A stretch of 63,189 bases of DNA, filler included, from Guillardia theta CCMP2712 (taxonomy: Eukaryota > Protista > Cryptophyta): NCBI RefSeq assembly GCF_000315625.1. It is 3 parts of 3 records of this genome, joined end to end, with 100 filler letters (N's around TTAATTAATTAA, not from the genome) between each part and the next. Parts side by side here need not be neighbours in the genome. Positions count along the whole stretch, not along the records: positions 30,385 to 57,138 come from NW_005434492.1; positions 57,239 to 63,189 come from NW_005434177.1; 1 more part is not named here. One strand, given 5' to 3'. A program made the position numbers and the translations under genes. The first letter of the stretch is position 1. Each line of letters starts with the position of its first letter. Positions 51,939 to 63,189 of this stretch are shown piece after piece. Under the pieces are notes generated by a model that was not told the DNA's origin, searched no databases, and was given only the letters and a program-made list of their open reading frames with translations.

Positions 51939-52779
51939 GCTCCTAAGGGTTTTGAGTACAGGCGAAACCTGAACTGCTCGGGGAGGTGGATGAAGACTGA
52001 GGGGTACAGATTATGGTCGGAGTGGTGGGTCCTGACAGTCATTAGGAGGGGTGTGTCGTAGATGAAAGGCTAGGGGGTAGGGTGCTAGCCTCGGAGGACC
52101 ATGTGGGGATGTGGTCACCAGGCTGAGAGGTCCGGACGGTCATCGTGACAGGGATATCTGTCCTCCGACCGTGTGGGGGAGGTAGGGGTACTTCGCGCTA
52201 TTATGTAGGGGTAGAGTACCCACACTGGTATATTTTTCACCGTCACAGGACTACCCTCCCTAGCATGAGGTCTAGTTCACGGTAGACCAGGGGGTGGTCA
52301 CTAGGTAGGGGTGGTCCTCGGAACCCTGACTGCCGGGATATTGTTTTGCCCAGGGGAAAGGACCGGGTGGTCTGGTACGATATAAGTTACTCAAAGTTTT
52401 GAGTCAGTGACTGCCAGTGACTCGGAGTCCCCGGGACGCCGCGCCGGTGCCCGGGCCCGCTGAGATTCGCGGCGGGGCCCGGGGTGAATTACTTCTGTCA
52501 AGGTTGCCATCGGATCGGCCCGACCGTGACACTGACATGTCACAGTGTCCGGTCAAGCCTGTCCGGTCTTGCCGCGGTGCGGCTCCCCGGCGGGGCAGTG
52601 CACTGCGGCACTGCCGGTCACTGCCGTGACTCAAAACTTGCGCGGCAAGTTGAGCTTACTAGCGGCTACCTCACTGACTGGCAAGTCGGATGAGACCGTG
52701 ACTTTCGCTGCACAGTGACTTGATGCCGCAGTGCTCCTTCAGCAAGTCATGACATCAACATCGCCACCTTACGCGAAGC

Positions 52780-52877
52780 GCCATCGCCATCGCCATCGCC
52801 ATCACGCCATCACCATCACCACCACCACCATCATAATCATCACTGAGTCACCATCATCACCATCATCACTGAGTCAC

Positions 52878-52937
<60 letters not shown>

Positions 52938-52965
52938 CATCATCATCATCATCATCATCATCATC
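52780..52965. repeat. (CAT)n/(CAC)n microsatellite
   Basis: Long trinucleotide run, intergenic. Confidence 0.9.
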
Positions 52966-53321
52966 TAAAGGCCGGCTGCAACCGCATCATCGAGTCAACA
53001 AAGTCCGAGCCATCTATAATGATTTCATCATCAGTGATGAATATGAACGTTGGGCCAAGTCACCGTCTGAAACGTGACGGGGAAACACAAGTTTCTTTTT
53101 TGTGGTGAATATGTCCATGGCAGGCAGAACGATAAGAAGCATAAAAATTTTGTGAATGAACCATCATCCGAACCATCATCCGTCAAGTTGTCCGTTTGAC
53201 AGATAAGATGGTTATAAGAAACATTAACTTTGACTGACGATCCTTCAGAGAGCACATCAATCTGTTGGCAAGATATCACCTAAAGCAGCTTTTTGAAGTT
53301 TATTCCCAACGTTCCCAAGGT

Positions 53322-54203
53322 CTAGAACACTTGAAGATTTCTTATCATGTACAATGGGACATGTTGTGCGCTGTATGCTGGAATCAATCCCTTCTGGCTT
53401 CCACCCTTCACCTCTGATCTTGGCAGAAGTGATGAGACATGCTGGCTGTGTACTCCATGATCAGCATGATATCGGTTCGGGCGGGAGTGGCAAGACGAAA
53501 GCGGCTTACACTTGGCCCAAGATTCGTACTCGTCTATCGTGATAACTTCACTGTCTGAGAAATCCGGGCACGACTTGATTTCATTGTGGTGGTGGTGGTG
53601 ATGGTGGAGGTGGTGATGATGATGTTCACCCGCCTGGATACTTTCATGATGTGAAGCTCCATGCAGGAGACAAGCGCGAACAACAATCGACGGGGGAATT
53701 GAAGTTTGGTATCCATGTCTGTCAAGATGCGAATCTTGATGGTCGTCCTGATGATGGTGGTGATGGTGATGGTGATGGTGATGGTGACCATCGGAGCCAT
53801 ACATTGTCTTGTTGTCTTGCGATCTTTTCGAGCAAGTTGTGCTTTCAGAATCCGTGGAATGTTTTCTGTCAAGGTCGCCTTTGTCTTTGAACAAGTCTTC
53901 CATTGCCTTTGGATGACGCGCTTTCAAGAGCCCAGTTTCTTTCTTGATCAAGACTTGTTGAGGAAGGAGCGAGATAGAGGACGGAGTTGTATCAGCGCTC
54001 TGCGACTTGCTTGCATTCAACATGTCGTTTGTGTTGGAGGATGTTGAGCTGGACGAATCCGCTGGGATCGAGTGTGTTCTTGCGCATCGGGCGTTGTGCA
54101 TGGTTGAACCTGTTAGCATGGATGAGGTTGATGGAGAGGAGACGTGCTTGTGTCTGAGTCGAGAGGACTCGGGGGAATCTTTGAAAAGGTGAAGCGACTG
54201 CAC
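53322..54203 (-). CDS. His/Ser-rich hypothetical protein
   Basis: 293-codon ORF with two poly-His tracts; no recognisable domain. Confidence 0.45.
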   Translation of the reverse strand: MQSLHLFKDSPESSRLRHKHVSSPSTSSMLTGSTMHNARCARTHSIPADSSSSTSSNTNDMLNASKSQSADTTPSSISLLPQQVLIKKETGLLKARHPKAMEDLFKDKGDLDRKHSTDSESTTCSKRSQDNKTMYGSDGHHHHHHHHHHHHQDDHQDSHLDRHGYQTSIPPSIVVRACLLHGASHHESIQAGEHHHHHLHHHHHHHNEIKSCPDFSDSEVITIDEYESWAKCKPLSSCHSRPNRYHADHGVHSQHVSSLLPRSEVKGGSQKGLIPAYSAQHVPLYMIRNLQVF

Positions 54204-55315
54204 GAGACAGGTGAAGGATGTAGGCGGATCGGAGGGGTGGAATGGCGGAACAGAAGCCGGTGCTTTAGAGGGCTAATTGCGGGGTAGGGGTAATGTCATC
54301 CAAACGAGCTCACATCGTTTCACAGACTCTGATCCTACAGGCGCGCAGGTGGCGACTTCGCCACTTTGACTTAAGACGACAATCGAGCAATCCAGCAGCC
54401 TCGCCCCACCCCATGAATGTCATTGCACCTATTCCTTGTGCGAACCCATGCCTTTTCATGGGCCTTGTTACGTTCGGCTTCTTGACACCTGAAGAAGCCA
54501 CCCCTATTCCCCCCTTATACTACCCCTACCCCCTCCCCGCCCTGAGGGGGTATCGGCCGGCCAGGAGTCACTGAAGCAGGTCCGAATTGAATGATACTCT
54601 GTGTGATTCAATTCTGATAAGTAAATTGTGGCAAAGATATGAAATGAGCCTCGGAAAACTTTACTCCTTTACTCGAAGTCAACTTACTAAGTTAGTAGTT
54701 TAAAAAAAACGGCAAATGTTTGCTCAAAGTTATGACCGTCCGCACGCGCCACACGGCGAGAAGAGCCGGGGGCTTGAAAGATCGGACACTACTGTCAGCG
54801 GCCGCTTCACCGGGCTGCCAGTGGTGGTGGCTGGCGGATCGCTCGAGGAAACTGCAGCCGCGGCTGCCATGGCCTCTCGGCCTCGCAAGACGGTCATCAG
54901 GCTCTGAGGCTCAGGCCCTGTGATCCGACTTGCAAACCGGCGCATGAGAGTCGGATCTTTCGTCATTTCAACTTGGCAAGTTGCCGGGCTAGGCCTCGGC
55001 CTGTCCTTCTGCGGCTGCCATCATCGCGGGTCACACTGCATTCCGCCCGGATGCCCGAGGCTGGAGCCGCCTCAGTGCCGCGGAGACTCGTCCCCCCCCC
55101 CCCCCCCCACCCCCACCCCCGGGGCCGGGCGGCCCGGCGGCCCGCCGGGCGGCGGCCCGCCACTTCCGAGCCGGGCGGCTCGGAAGCTGCTCATCCCCCT
55201 CATTCCTGGCAGCCGATATGGCAGCTGAAGGGCAGCAGCGGCAGCAGCGCTGGCAGGCGAGCAGGCGGCTGACGTGAAGGGACAATGCCGCTGAATCAAG
55301 TGACCGAAGATAGGC

Positions 55316-56130
<815 letters not shown>

Positions 56131-57047
56131 GGAGAGGAAGAGGAAAGGGGAGGAGAGGAGAGGAGAGGAGAGGGAGAGGAGAGGAGGGGAGAGGAGAGGA
56201 GAGGAGAGGGAGGAGGAGGAGGAGGGAGAGGAGAGGAGAGGAGAGGAGAGGAGAGGAGAGGAGAGGAGAGGAGAGGAGGAGGAGAGGAGAGGNNNNNNNN
56301 NNNNNNNNNNNNNNNNNNNNNNNNNNNNNNNNNNNNNNNNNNNNNNNNNNNNNNNNNNNNNNNNNNNNNNNNNNNNNNNNNNNNNNNNNNNNGTTTAAGA
56401 TCAATTTTGTCAAGGGGTTTCGAGGATTCTGAAAATTCGGCTCTCTCGATTCAACATTGGTGACCTAAAATCAGGTAGTGTTATTGCTTTCTTGAACATT
56501 CTGCCAGATCTTCAATCAGCACTGTCTTCATCTCCCGGGCCGGTCCCACCGGAATTGTCCCCTCAAGCTTCGGATCCAAATTCTCCCTTGAGCCAGACAA
56601 ATTCGCCCTCCCGGGGTGTTTCCTCGGATCCTTCTGGTCTCGAGCAACTTGTCAGTAGCCCAGCCAAGGGGGACGGAGGAGAGGAGAGGAGAGAAGGTGG
56701 GGAGGGGGATAGCAAAGGTTCGCTCAGATAGGTGGAAGCAACAAGTAGAGGGTATTCATGACGAGGGAGGGAGGAGGATGAATAAAGGTTTATTGCGAAT
56801 GAGTTGAGAGGAACAAGAGCGGGATGGTTCAAAGAATTGAAATTTTGTTCAAAGAATTGAAATCTTCCAATCTGACTTCTGGGGAGGAATGGGAGGAGGA
56901 GTGAGGTGATCGAGGTTGTTGTCTTCAACTATCTTAATAAGCCTTGAGAGTTCATCCTGCATGAAAATTTCATTCCCTGCCTCCACCCTCCTCTCACCCT
57001 TCACCCTCACAGATCAAACCTTGCATCATCATTACATCTGTTACTCT

Positions 57048-57111
<64 letters not shown>

Positions 57112-57138
57112 TCTTCCTCCTCCTCCTTCTCCTCCTCC

Positions 57139-57238
57139 NNNNNNNNNNNNNNNNNNNNNNNNNNNNNNNNNNNNNNNNNNNNTTAATTAATTAANNNNNN
57201 NNNNNNNNNNNNNNNNNNNNNNNNNNNNNNNNNNNNNN
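57139..57238. other. Assembly linker gap N44-TTAATTAATTAA-N44
   Basis: Same construct as 30285-30384. Confidence 0.9.
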
Positions 57239-57288
57239 AAAAAGAAAAAAAGAAAAGAAAAAAAGGCGCACTCGGGTGAGTGAAATAG

Positions 57289-59060
57289 CCTGGACGTAGG
57301 TATGGGGATACAAGCGACTATCGAAGGGTTTCGATCATGGATGGCCTCAAGGGATGCTTTCCAGATTATGATAAAATATCTCAGGTGCGAGTGGAGGTCA
57401 AGCATGACCTTACTAGGAAGTTGAAAATTAATTGCACAGAGGATGGAACTCATTACCTTGATCTGATCTCAACTGTCGAAGAACTTGTCGATTTGTTGCA
57501 TCTGATTGGAAAAGACCGGCTTACTATCTGTATCAATTATGATGGAGCCACCATTACGTTTTCTGCTGGCAATAACAAGAAAGCCACTGATGTAACCATA
57601 ACGATCCTCCCATTTCAGAGTGACTGCACTGACGGAGAATGGAACTTTTGGGAGAAGCTTGCTCGCGAATCTTCTTGTTTGCTTACAATTGCTTACATGC
57701 CTCATCCTGATAGCCCTGAGGTTTTTAAGCGAAGCTTTTGGGTACCCTTTGGACCAGCACTGCGGGAGCTGCAAACTTATGGGATTCAAATTTTCGATGG
57801 CAAGGCTGCTGGTGGGATGCAGAAGCGCCGCGAAGGTAGACATCCAGACAAAGTGATCAGTGTTCTGTTCATAATGAGATCAGACATGCAAGGTCACTGG
57901 TACATTTTCGATATTGGTGGAATGAGAGATGTTGAAAAGATGTTTTGCATGTGTTGCACCGAGCTACTTACAGATCACAGAGCCGGTTCATGGTTTAAAA
58001 TCGTGACAGTCACTGAATCTGACAATCTGATCACCTTTTGTGAGAAACATCGGATTGTGATGGATAGTATCCAGAGGTCTGAATGAAGATTGCAAAAACC
58101 CAGCCTGTTTCAAGTCCTTTCACGAGACGGATTACGCTGAATTCCAAGAAATGATGGATACCCACAATCAAGCAAGAGTCATGGAATCTTTNNNNNNNNN
58201 NNNNNNNNNNNNNNNNNNNNNNNNNNNNNNNNNNNNNNNNNNNNNNNNNNNNNNNNNNNNNNNNNNNNNNNNNNNNNNNNNNNNNNNNNNNNNNNNNNNN
58301 NNNNNNNNNNNNNNNNNNNNNNNNNNNNNNNNNNNNNNNNNNNNNNNNNNNNNNNNNNNNNNNNNNNNNNNNNNNNNNNNNNNNNNNNNNNNNNNNNNNN
58401 NNNNNNNNNNNNNNNNNNNNNNNNNNNNNNNNNNNNNNNNNNNNNNNNNNNNNNNNNNNNNNNNNNNNNNNNNNNNNNNNNNNNNNNNNNNNNNNNNNNN
58501 NNNNNNNNNNNNNNNNNNNNNNNNNNNNNNNNNNNNNNNNNNNTGGCATGACTATGGCAGTAGCTAATCAATTTTATTTGAGTAGCGTACTCATGACACA
58601 GCATCGAGACAAAATTGATCTAGAAGTAGCAAAGCAAATCCCAGCCAGGATTCGAAGTTGGTGTGTGAAATATATAGACGTCGTTGGGGACGTGAAGATG
58701 TTACAGTCATTTTACTTCCATAGCTTGTGCGTCGGCCATATCGGTGATCAGTTCGAAAGCATCATGGAAGAATGTGGAATTCCTTTAGGATTGTTGAATA
58801 TGTCGAACGTTGAAAACAGACATCGCTGGCAAGGTAGACCTTCATTTGCTCAAGCCTTAACAGAAATCAATGCTTTCATGAGCGGAAAGCGTCGCAGAGA
58901 AGATGGAGTTCATCAGCCAATTGCAGAAGATGACTGCACATTCGAGGCAGCGTGGTCGTATTATGCCATTTCTTTGTTATTGATGAACAGTTGGCACAAT
59001 TTAGAGAAAAAGGGAATTGAGTACAAAAAAATTTTAGAGGGAGGTTTAGGCGGTATGTAA
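57289..59060 (+). mobile_element. RAG1/Transib/Chapaev-type DDE transposase (5' truncated, frameshift near 58075, internal gap)
   Basis: ICINYDG (D at 57541), FIMRSDMQ (D at 57883), FCMCC (CxxC at 57946), FYFHSLCVGH (H at 58719), PLGLLNMSNVENRH (E at 58812). No introns seen; AT-richer than host genes. Confidence 0.75.
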
Positions 59061-59120
59061 TAAATTAAATGTTAAAGTTTAAGATATCGCAAGGCGGAAA
59101 GGAGCCGTAATCTGCAAATT

Positions 59121-60457
59121 TCATACGTTCTGTGTAATTGGTGGGAACCTCCAAATCTCTTTGCCATTCCATCCATGCCTGAAAATTTTTGCCCATTTGA
59201 ACGTTAACGAACCAGGACTAAATTTGTAGCGCTTTAGGCTAATCGTTAACGGCCCCTCTACGTAAAGCGATCCTGAAGAGTTTGCAAGCTCGAGAGGGCA
59301 CTCCTTAAATGGTATATTCAAATACCGTTGCACGATGGATGACTTCAAAGATGTCTCAGGTATGATCCAAGAGCATGTGACGAGTGTACTGTAGCTTACA
59401 TACGAACATTGGATCTCACTGGCCTGTTGATTTTCTGCTTGACAAAGCTTCAATAAAAACAAGATTGCGTTCACATCCGCAAGTTCGACATTGAACCGTA
59501 AGGGAGCTTCTTTTGCTGCTTCCAAACTTCGAACCTTGGGTTTTCCTCTGAGCTGCAACCATTTATGCAGACTGTGCCTGACTTTGGACAATTCCCGATA
59601 CAATGAATCAACGATATGGACATGTCGGTTCAAAACGTTAAAATAATTCTGCAGATGATCCGCCGTTAGTTTGAAAGACTTGAAGAAAGAAACTTGACAT
59701 TCCTGACTTTTGCGTTCAGATACGCCAAAATACAACCACCCGACAATGAGCAAGCTTTTCATCGAGATTCCTTTAAGAGAAACTTGCGCACAATTGATGG
59801 ACACTATTCCTCGCATGTCTTGCATTGGACCTCATCCATGTAACTGCTTTGCAAGCAGTGGAATCATCCATGCGATCTCTGATCTGAATCAACCTTGTTG
59901 GAGATTTGATATTCTGTTGAACTTCGGTGAAAACACATCCTTGGTTGTACAGAAATGTAAACTGATACAAAATCATTTGAAACCTCTTTGATCAAACCGT
60001 ACCGATTTTGCTTGTTTACGTCCAAGAAGGAAATTCCCATGGATGGCTGCAAGGCAAAACTCAAATGGCTTGTTTCGTCGTAAAACACACCGGGATTAGA
60101 TTTCTGTGGCCTATTGTTAACGAACATCCTTTGAAAGAAGAATGGTAGCTTGAGAGTCTGGGGTACACCATTGCCATGTTCGTCGTCCACGTCGTCTGGT
60201 TGGGCGACGCTACAAGAAATTCTGATTCTCTCTCGTCCTTTTAATGCTGAGTGTCGTAACAGACTTGGAGAACGCATCTCAAGTCTGTTACAGCCGTGAT
60301 CAGCGACAGACTTATGGAGTATGCGTGAAGAGGAGAGAGAAGCAAGAGGAGAGATGATGCCCGTGGTACCCCAACCCACAATACGGGTCATGGATACAAA
60401 AGGAAAAAGATGGGGTAGGGGTTGCGATTTAGTACCATAATCAAAAACTAAAAACAT
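59121..60457 (-). pseudogene. Unknown convergent ORF broken over three frames
   Basis: Overlapping minus ORFs 59864-60457, 59773-59976, 59121-59825 with the same composition as the transposase; stop 60 nt from the transposase stop. Confidence 0.4.
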
Positions 60458-61166
60458 GTAAAATCCAGTGAAAACAACATATATGAATAGACCAAGTCCT
60501 GATAACTAACTTTTCTCAATATAAAAAATTCAAACCCCAAAAACCACCCCCATGATACAAATAACCCCCCCTTCAACAACAATGTCAAGGGGGCACTAGC
60601 GCGGCAAGATCCGACCGATATGTGTGATCCTCTCCAGGTCTGTGAACTCCAGCCACTCTTCCTCGCTCTCCGCCTGTCGTTGCGCTGCGTCGCTGGTGCC
60701 CCGCTGACCATCCGCCTCAAGCTCCTTGTCGAAGCNNNNNNNNNNNNNNNNNNNNNNNNNNNNNNNNNNNNNNNNNNNNNNNNNNNNNNNNNNNNNNNNN
60801 NNNNNNNNNNNNNNNNNNNNNNNNNNNNNNNNNNNNNNNNNNNNNNNNNNNNNNNNNNNNNNNNNNNNNNNNNNNNNNNNNNNNNNNNNNNNNNNNNNNN
60901 NNNNNNNNNNNNNNNNNNNNNNNNNNNNNNNNNNNNNNNNNNNNNNNNNNNNNNNNNNNNNNNNNNNNNNNNNNNNNNNNNNNNNNNNNNNNNNNNNNNN
61001 NNNNNNNNNNNNNNNNNNNNNNNNNNNNNNNNNNNNNNNNNNNNNNNNNNNNNNNNNNNNNNNNNNNNNNNNNNNNNNNNNNNNNNNNNNNNNNNNNNNN
61101 NNNNNNNNNNNGATGGCTTCTTCATTCGAAGGAAGGAGATGGTGACTGAGATGTCGTCTGCTCGTG

Positions 61167-61712
61167 CTATCTCAGGTCTGTAAGGTGCTTTCCACATGAT
61201 GGACTGTCGTCTCTATCGACTGAGTCTACTATGAGTCCCAGCTCCGTCAACTTCATTTTCAACTTTTCTTCTTGTCGCACATACATCGAGGAGATGCCCA
61301 GGAGAGTCATGGAGATGAAGGAGGTCTCCTCGGTGTCTTCGGTGCCGATGTAAGTCTCGACATTCTGCTGTTTGGCCTCTTTCATCTGTTGCATGAACCA
61401 TGCTTTCGACTCTGGGCTCCATGCGCTCAGAGAGTCTTCAAACAGGTCGCGTCTCGCCTGCCGACATGTCGAGCGGATGGCTTCTGCGATAGCGTCGGGA
61501 GTGCATCCCCCCTCAGCTCTGCAAGCATGAGCTGTCCGACTATTCGGATAACGCTTGGTGAAGCTCTTCACTCTCTCGACGAGGTCGGCCTCTTCGACGT
61601 GGCCTCCTGAGCGCTCACCCTGCGTGTATTGGCATGATTTCCGATACAGCAGGTTGCGAACGCTCTCATCATACTGTAGTACCATACTTAGAAAGCTGTT
61701 TGAACTGCACAA
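61167..61712 (-). CDS. Hypothetical helical protein, possibly frameshifted at both ends
   Basis: 181-codon non-repetitive ORF with no introns seen; overlapping frame continues into the gap. Confidence 0.35.
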   Translation of the reverse strand: MCSSNSFLSMVLQYDESVRNLLYRKSCQYTQGERSGGHVEEADLVERVKSFTKRYPNSRTAHACRAEGGCTPDAIAEAIRSTCRQARRDLFEDSLSAWSPESKAWFMQQMKEAKQQNVETYIGTEDTEETSFISMTLLGISSMYVRQEEKLKMKLTELGLIVDSVDRDDSPSCGKHLTDLR

Positions 61713-61845
61713 ACCTCTTGCTCGCAGCTTCCTCCGGTGCCCTTGCGCTCTCCCCTCTCCTCCCCCCTAGTCTCCTTGTCGGTCTTCGAGGTTGGCGCTG
61801 TGTGCATTGCTTGTGGCGGAGGAGGTGGCTGGGGTGGAGAGACGG

Positions 61846-61862
61846 CTAAACCCTAAACCCTA
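61846..61862. repeat. Short telomere-type (CCCTAAA) repeat / telo-box
   Basis: CTAAACCCTAAACCCTA. Confidence 0.6.
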
Positions 61863-62641
61863 TTATTATTATTATGTGAGTTTATTAGAATGCTAGAATG
61901 TTGCTCGGCCTCCTTGTGGGCTTTTGCAATTTGATCCTAGTCTAAAGAGGCGCGCGAGCACTGGGAGTACACGGCCTACAATGCGANNNNNNNNNNNNNN
62001 NNNNNNNNNNNNNNNNNNNNNNNNNNNNNNNNNNNNNNNNNNNNNNNNNNNNNNNNNNNNNNNNNNNNNNNNNNNNNNNNNNNNNNNNNNNNNNNNNNNN
62101 NNNNNNNNNNNNNNNNNNNNNNNNNNNNNNNNNNNNNNNNNNNNNNNNNNNNNNNNNNNNNNNNNNNNNNNNNNNNNNNNNNNNNNNNNNNNNNNNNNNN
62201 NNNNNNNNNNNNNNNNNNNNNNNNNNNNNNNNNNNNNNNNNNNNNNNNNNNNNNNNNNNNNNNNNNNNNNNNNNNNNNNNNNNNNNNNNNNNNNNNNNNN
62301 NNNNNNNNNNNNNNNNNNNNNNNNNNNNNNNNNNNNNNNNNNNNNNNNNNNNNNNNNNNNNNNNNNNNNNNNNNNNNNNNNNNNNNNNNNNNNNNNNNNN
62401 NNNNNNNNNNNNNNNNNNNNNNNNNNNNNNNNNGCGGAGGAAGGAATCAGTCACCGCGATTTCATCAGCCACTCGCTATCTCGGATCTATACGGGAGCCT
62501 CCACATGATGCCTTCATCTCTTGCACTGAGTCTAGCTTTCGGAGAGAGCGAAGCGATGGAGGGGAGTACACCTGACTCTGTTCAGCGAGGACCCGAAGAT
62601 CAGAGAGGCGCTCGCAGTCCGAGTCGACAGTTGATCGCTTT

Positions 62642-63055
62642 GTGTCCAGAAATAAGTTGAAGAAGGCATCCAGGATGCAGAAGAAGGCAGGCCGCAGCGA
62701 CGACAAGGCGATCAAGATCATCATCAAGTCGACGGCGGCATCTGGTCGCTTCACGAGGAAGGAGATGGAGGGGCTGTGCAACGGCGGCAACACGTCCATC
62801 GCAAGAGTCAAGAGAGTCTTGTTGGAAATCGCTAACAGGCTCGAGATCAAAGTGGAAGGCATCGACATGGAGGAGGATTTGAACACTAAGTCCTGGAACG
62901 GGTCCAAGCTATGCATCTTCCTCGGCTCCACGGAGGATGCTCGACGCATGATGAAGGAGCTGCCCTTCTCTCTAGAAGGCGCAGCCACCAAGCTCGAAGC
63001 AGTCGGCTTCGACAAGGAGCCTGAGGCGGCTCATTCTGGGGTCAAACCGCGGTAG
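62642..63055 (+). CDS. Hypothetical basic protein fragment with possible helix-turn-helix
   Basis: FTRKEMEGLCNGGNTSIARVKRV resembles an HTH; in-frame stop upstream suggests decay. Confidence 0.3.
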   Translation: MSRNKLKKASRMQKKAGRSDDKAIKIIIKSTAASGRFTRKEMEGLCNGGNTSIARVKRVLLEIANRLEIKVEGIDMEEDLNTKSWNGSKLCIFLGSTEDARRMMKELPFSLEGAATKLEAVGFDKEPEAAHSGVKPR

Positions 63056-63189
63056 TTTTCGTCCTATATTCTCAAGGGGGTGGTGAATGGGAAAATGGGG
63101 GTACACGGTGTGTGATTCGCGCAGGTTGAAATTTTGTACTGTTCAAATTCAAAGCCCTAAAGTTAAGCGATTAGACCGCTAATCACAAG

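Noticed and set aside
52541-52717. RSS heptamers CACAGTG (52541, 52711; also 5835)
   Set aside because: No ACAAAAACC-like nonamer at 12 or 23 nt; they fit the local GTCAC/CAGTG vocabulary and lie across a linker gap from the transposase.
56393-57138. Possible exon fragments between two gaps
   Set aside because: Too short and interrupted to assign a product.
59121-60457. RAG2 homologue
   Set aside because: No Kelch GG repeats or PHD Cys/His pattern visible; kept only as an unknown partner.

Overview
Eukaryotic, intron-rich, gene-dense nuclear scaffold. Short GT-AG introns, microsatellite-filled introns, bipartite 'A-F' plastid presequences and a TTTAGGG-type repeat suggest a cryptophyte such as Guillardia; this is inference. 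Most track ORFs are exon fragments or low-complexity noise, so gene models were spliced by eye. Recognisable genes: a secreted TPR protein, RPL8/uL2, an 18-aa CEHG zinc-repeat protein, a TMEM68-like acyltransferase, a CLC transporter, a bromodomain-ET protein, a GT8 glycosyltransferase, an ankyrin protein, a >2000-aa coiled-coil surface protein with a DUF2135/YfaP-like end, a CFAP52-like WD40 protein, an FSH1 serine hydrolase, TOM40, a collagen/beta-domain protein, a PDZ protein and Alba. The most notable feature lies in the intron-poor, AT-richer last contig (57.2-63.2 kb). It is a RAG1/Transib/Chapaev-type DDE transposase with all three catalytic acids and both Zn half-sites visible, lying tail-to-tail with an unknown partner ORF. 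Two TTAATTAATTAA linker gaps mean adjacency across 30.3 kb and 57.2 kb is not guaranteed. No rRNA, tRNA or CRISPR was seen.
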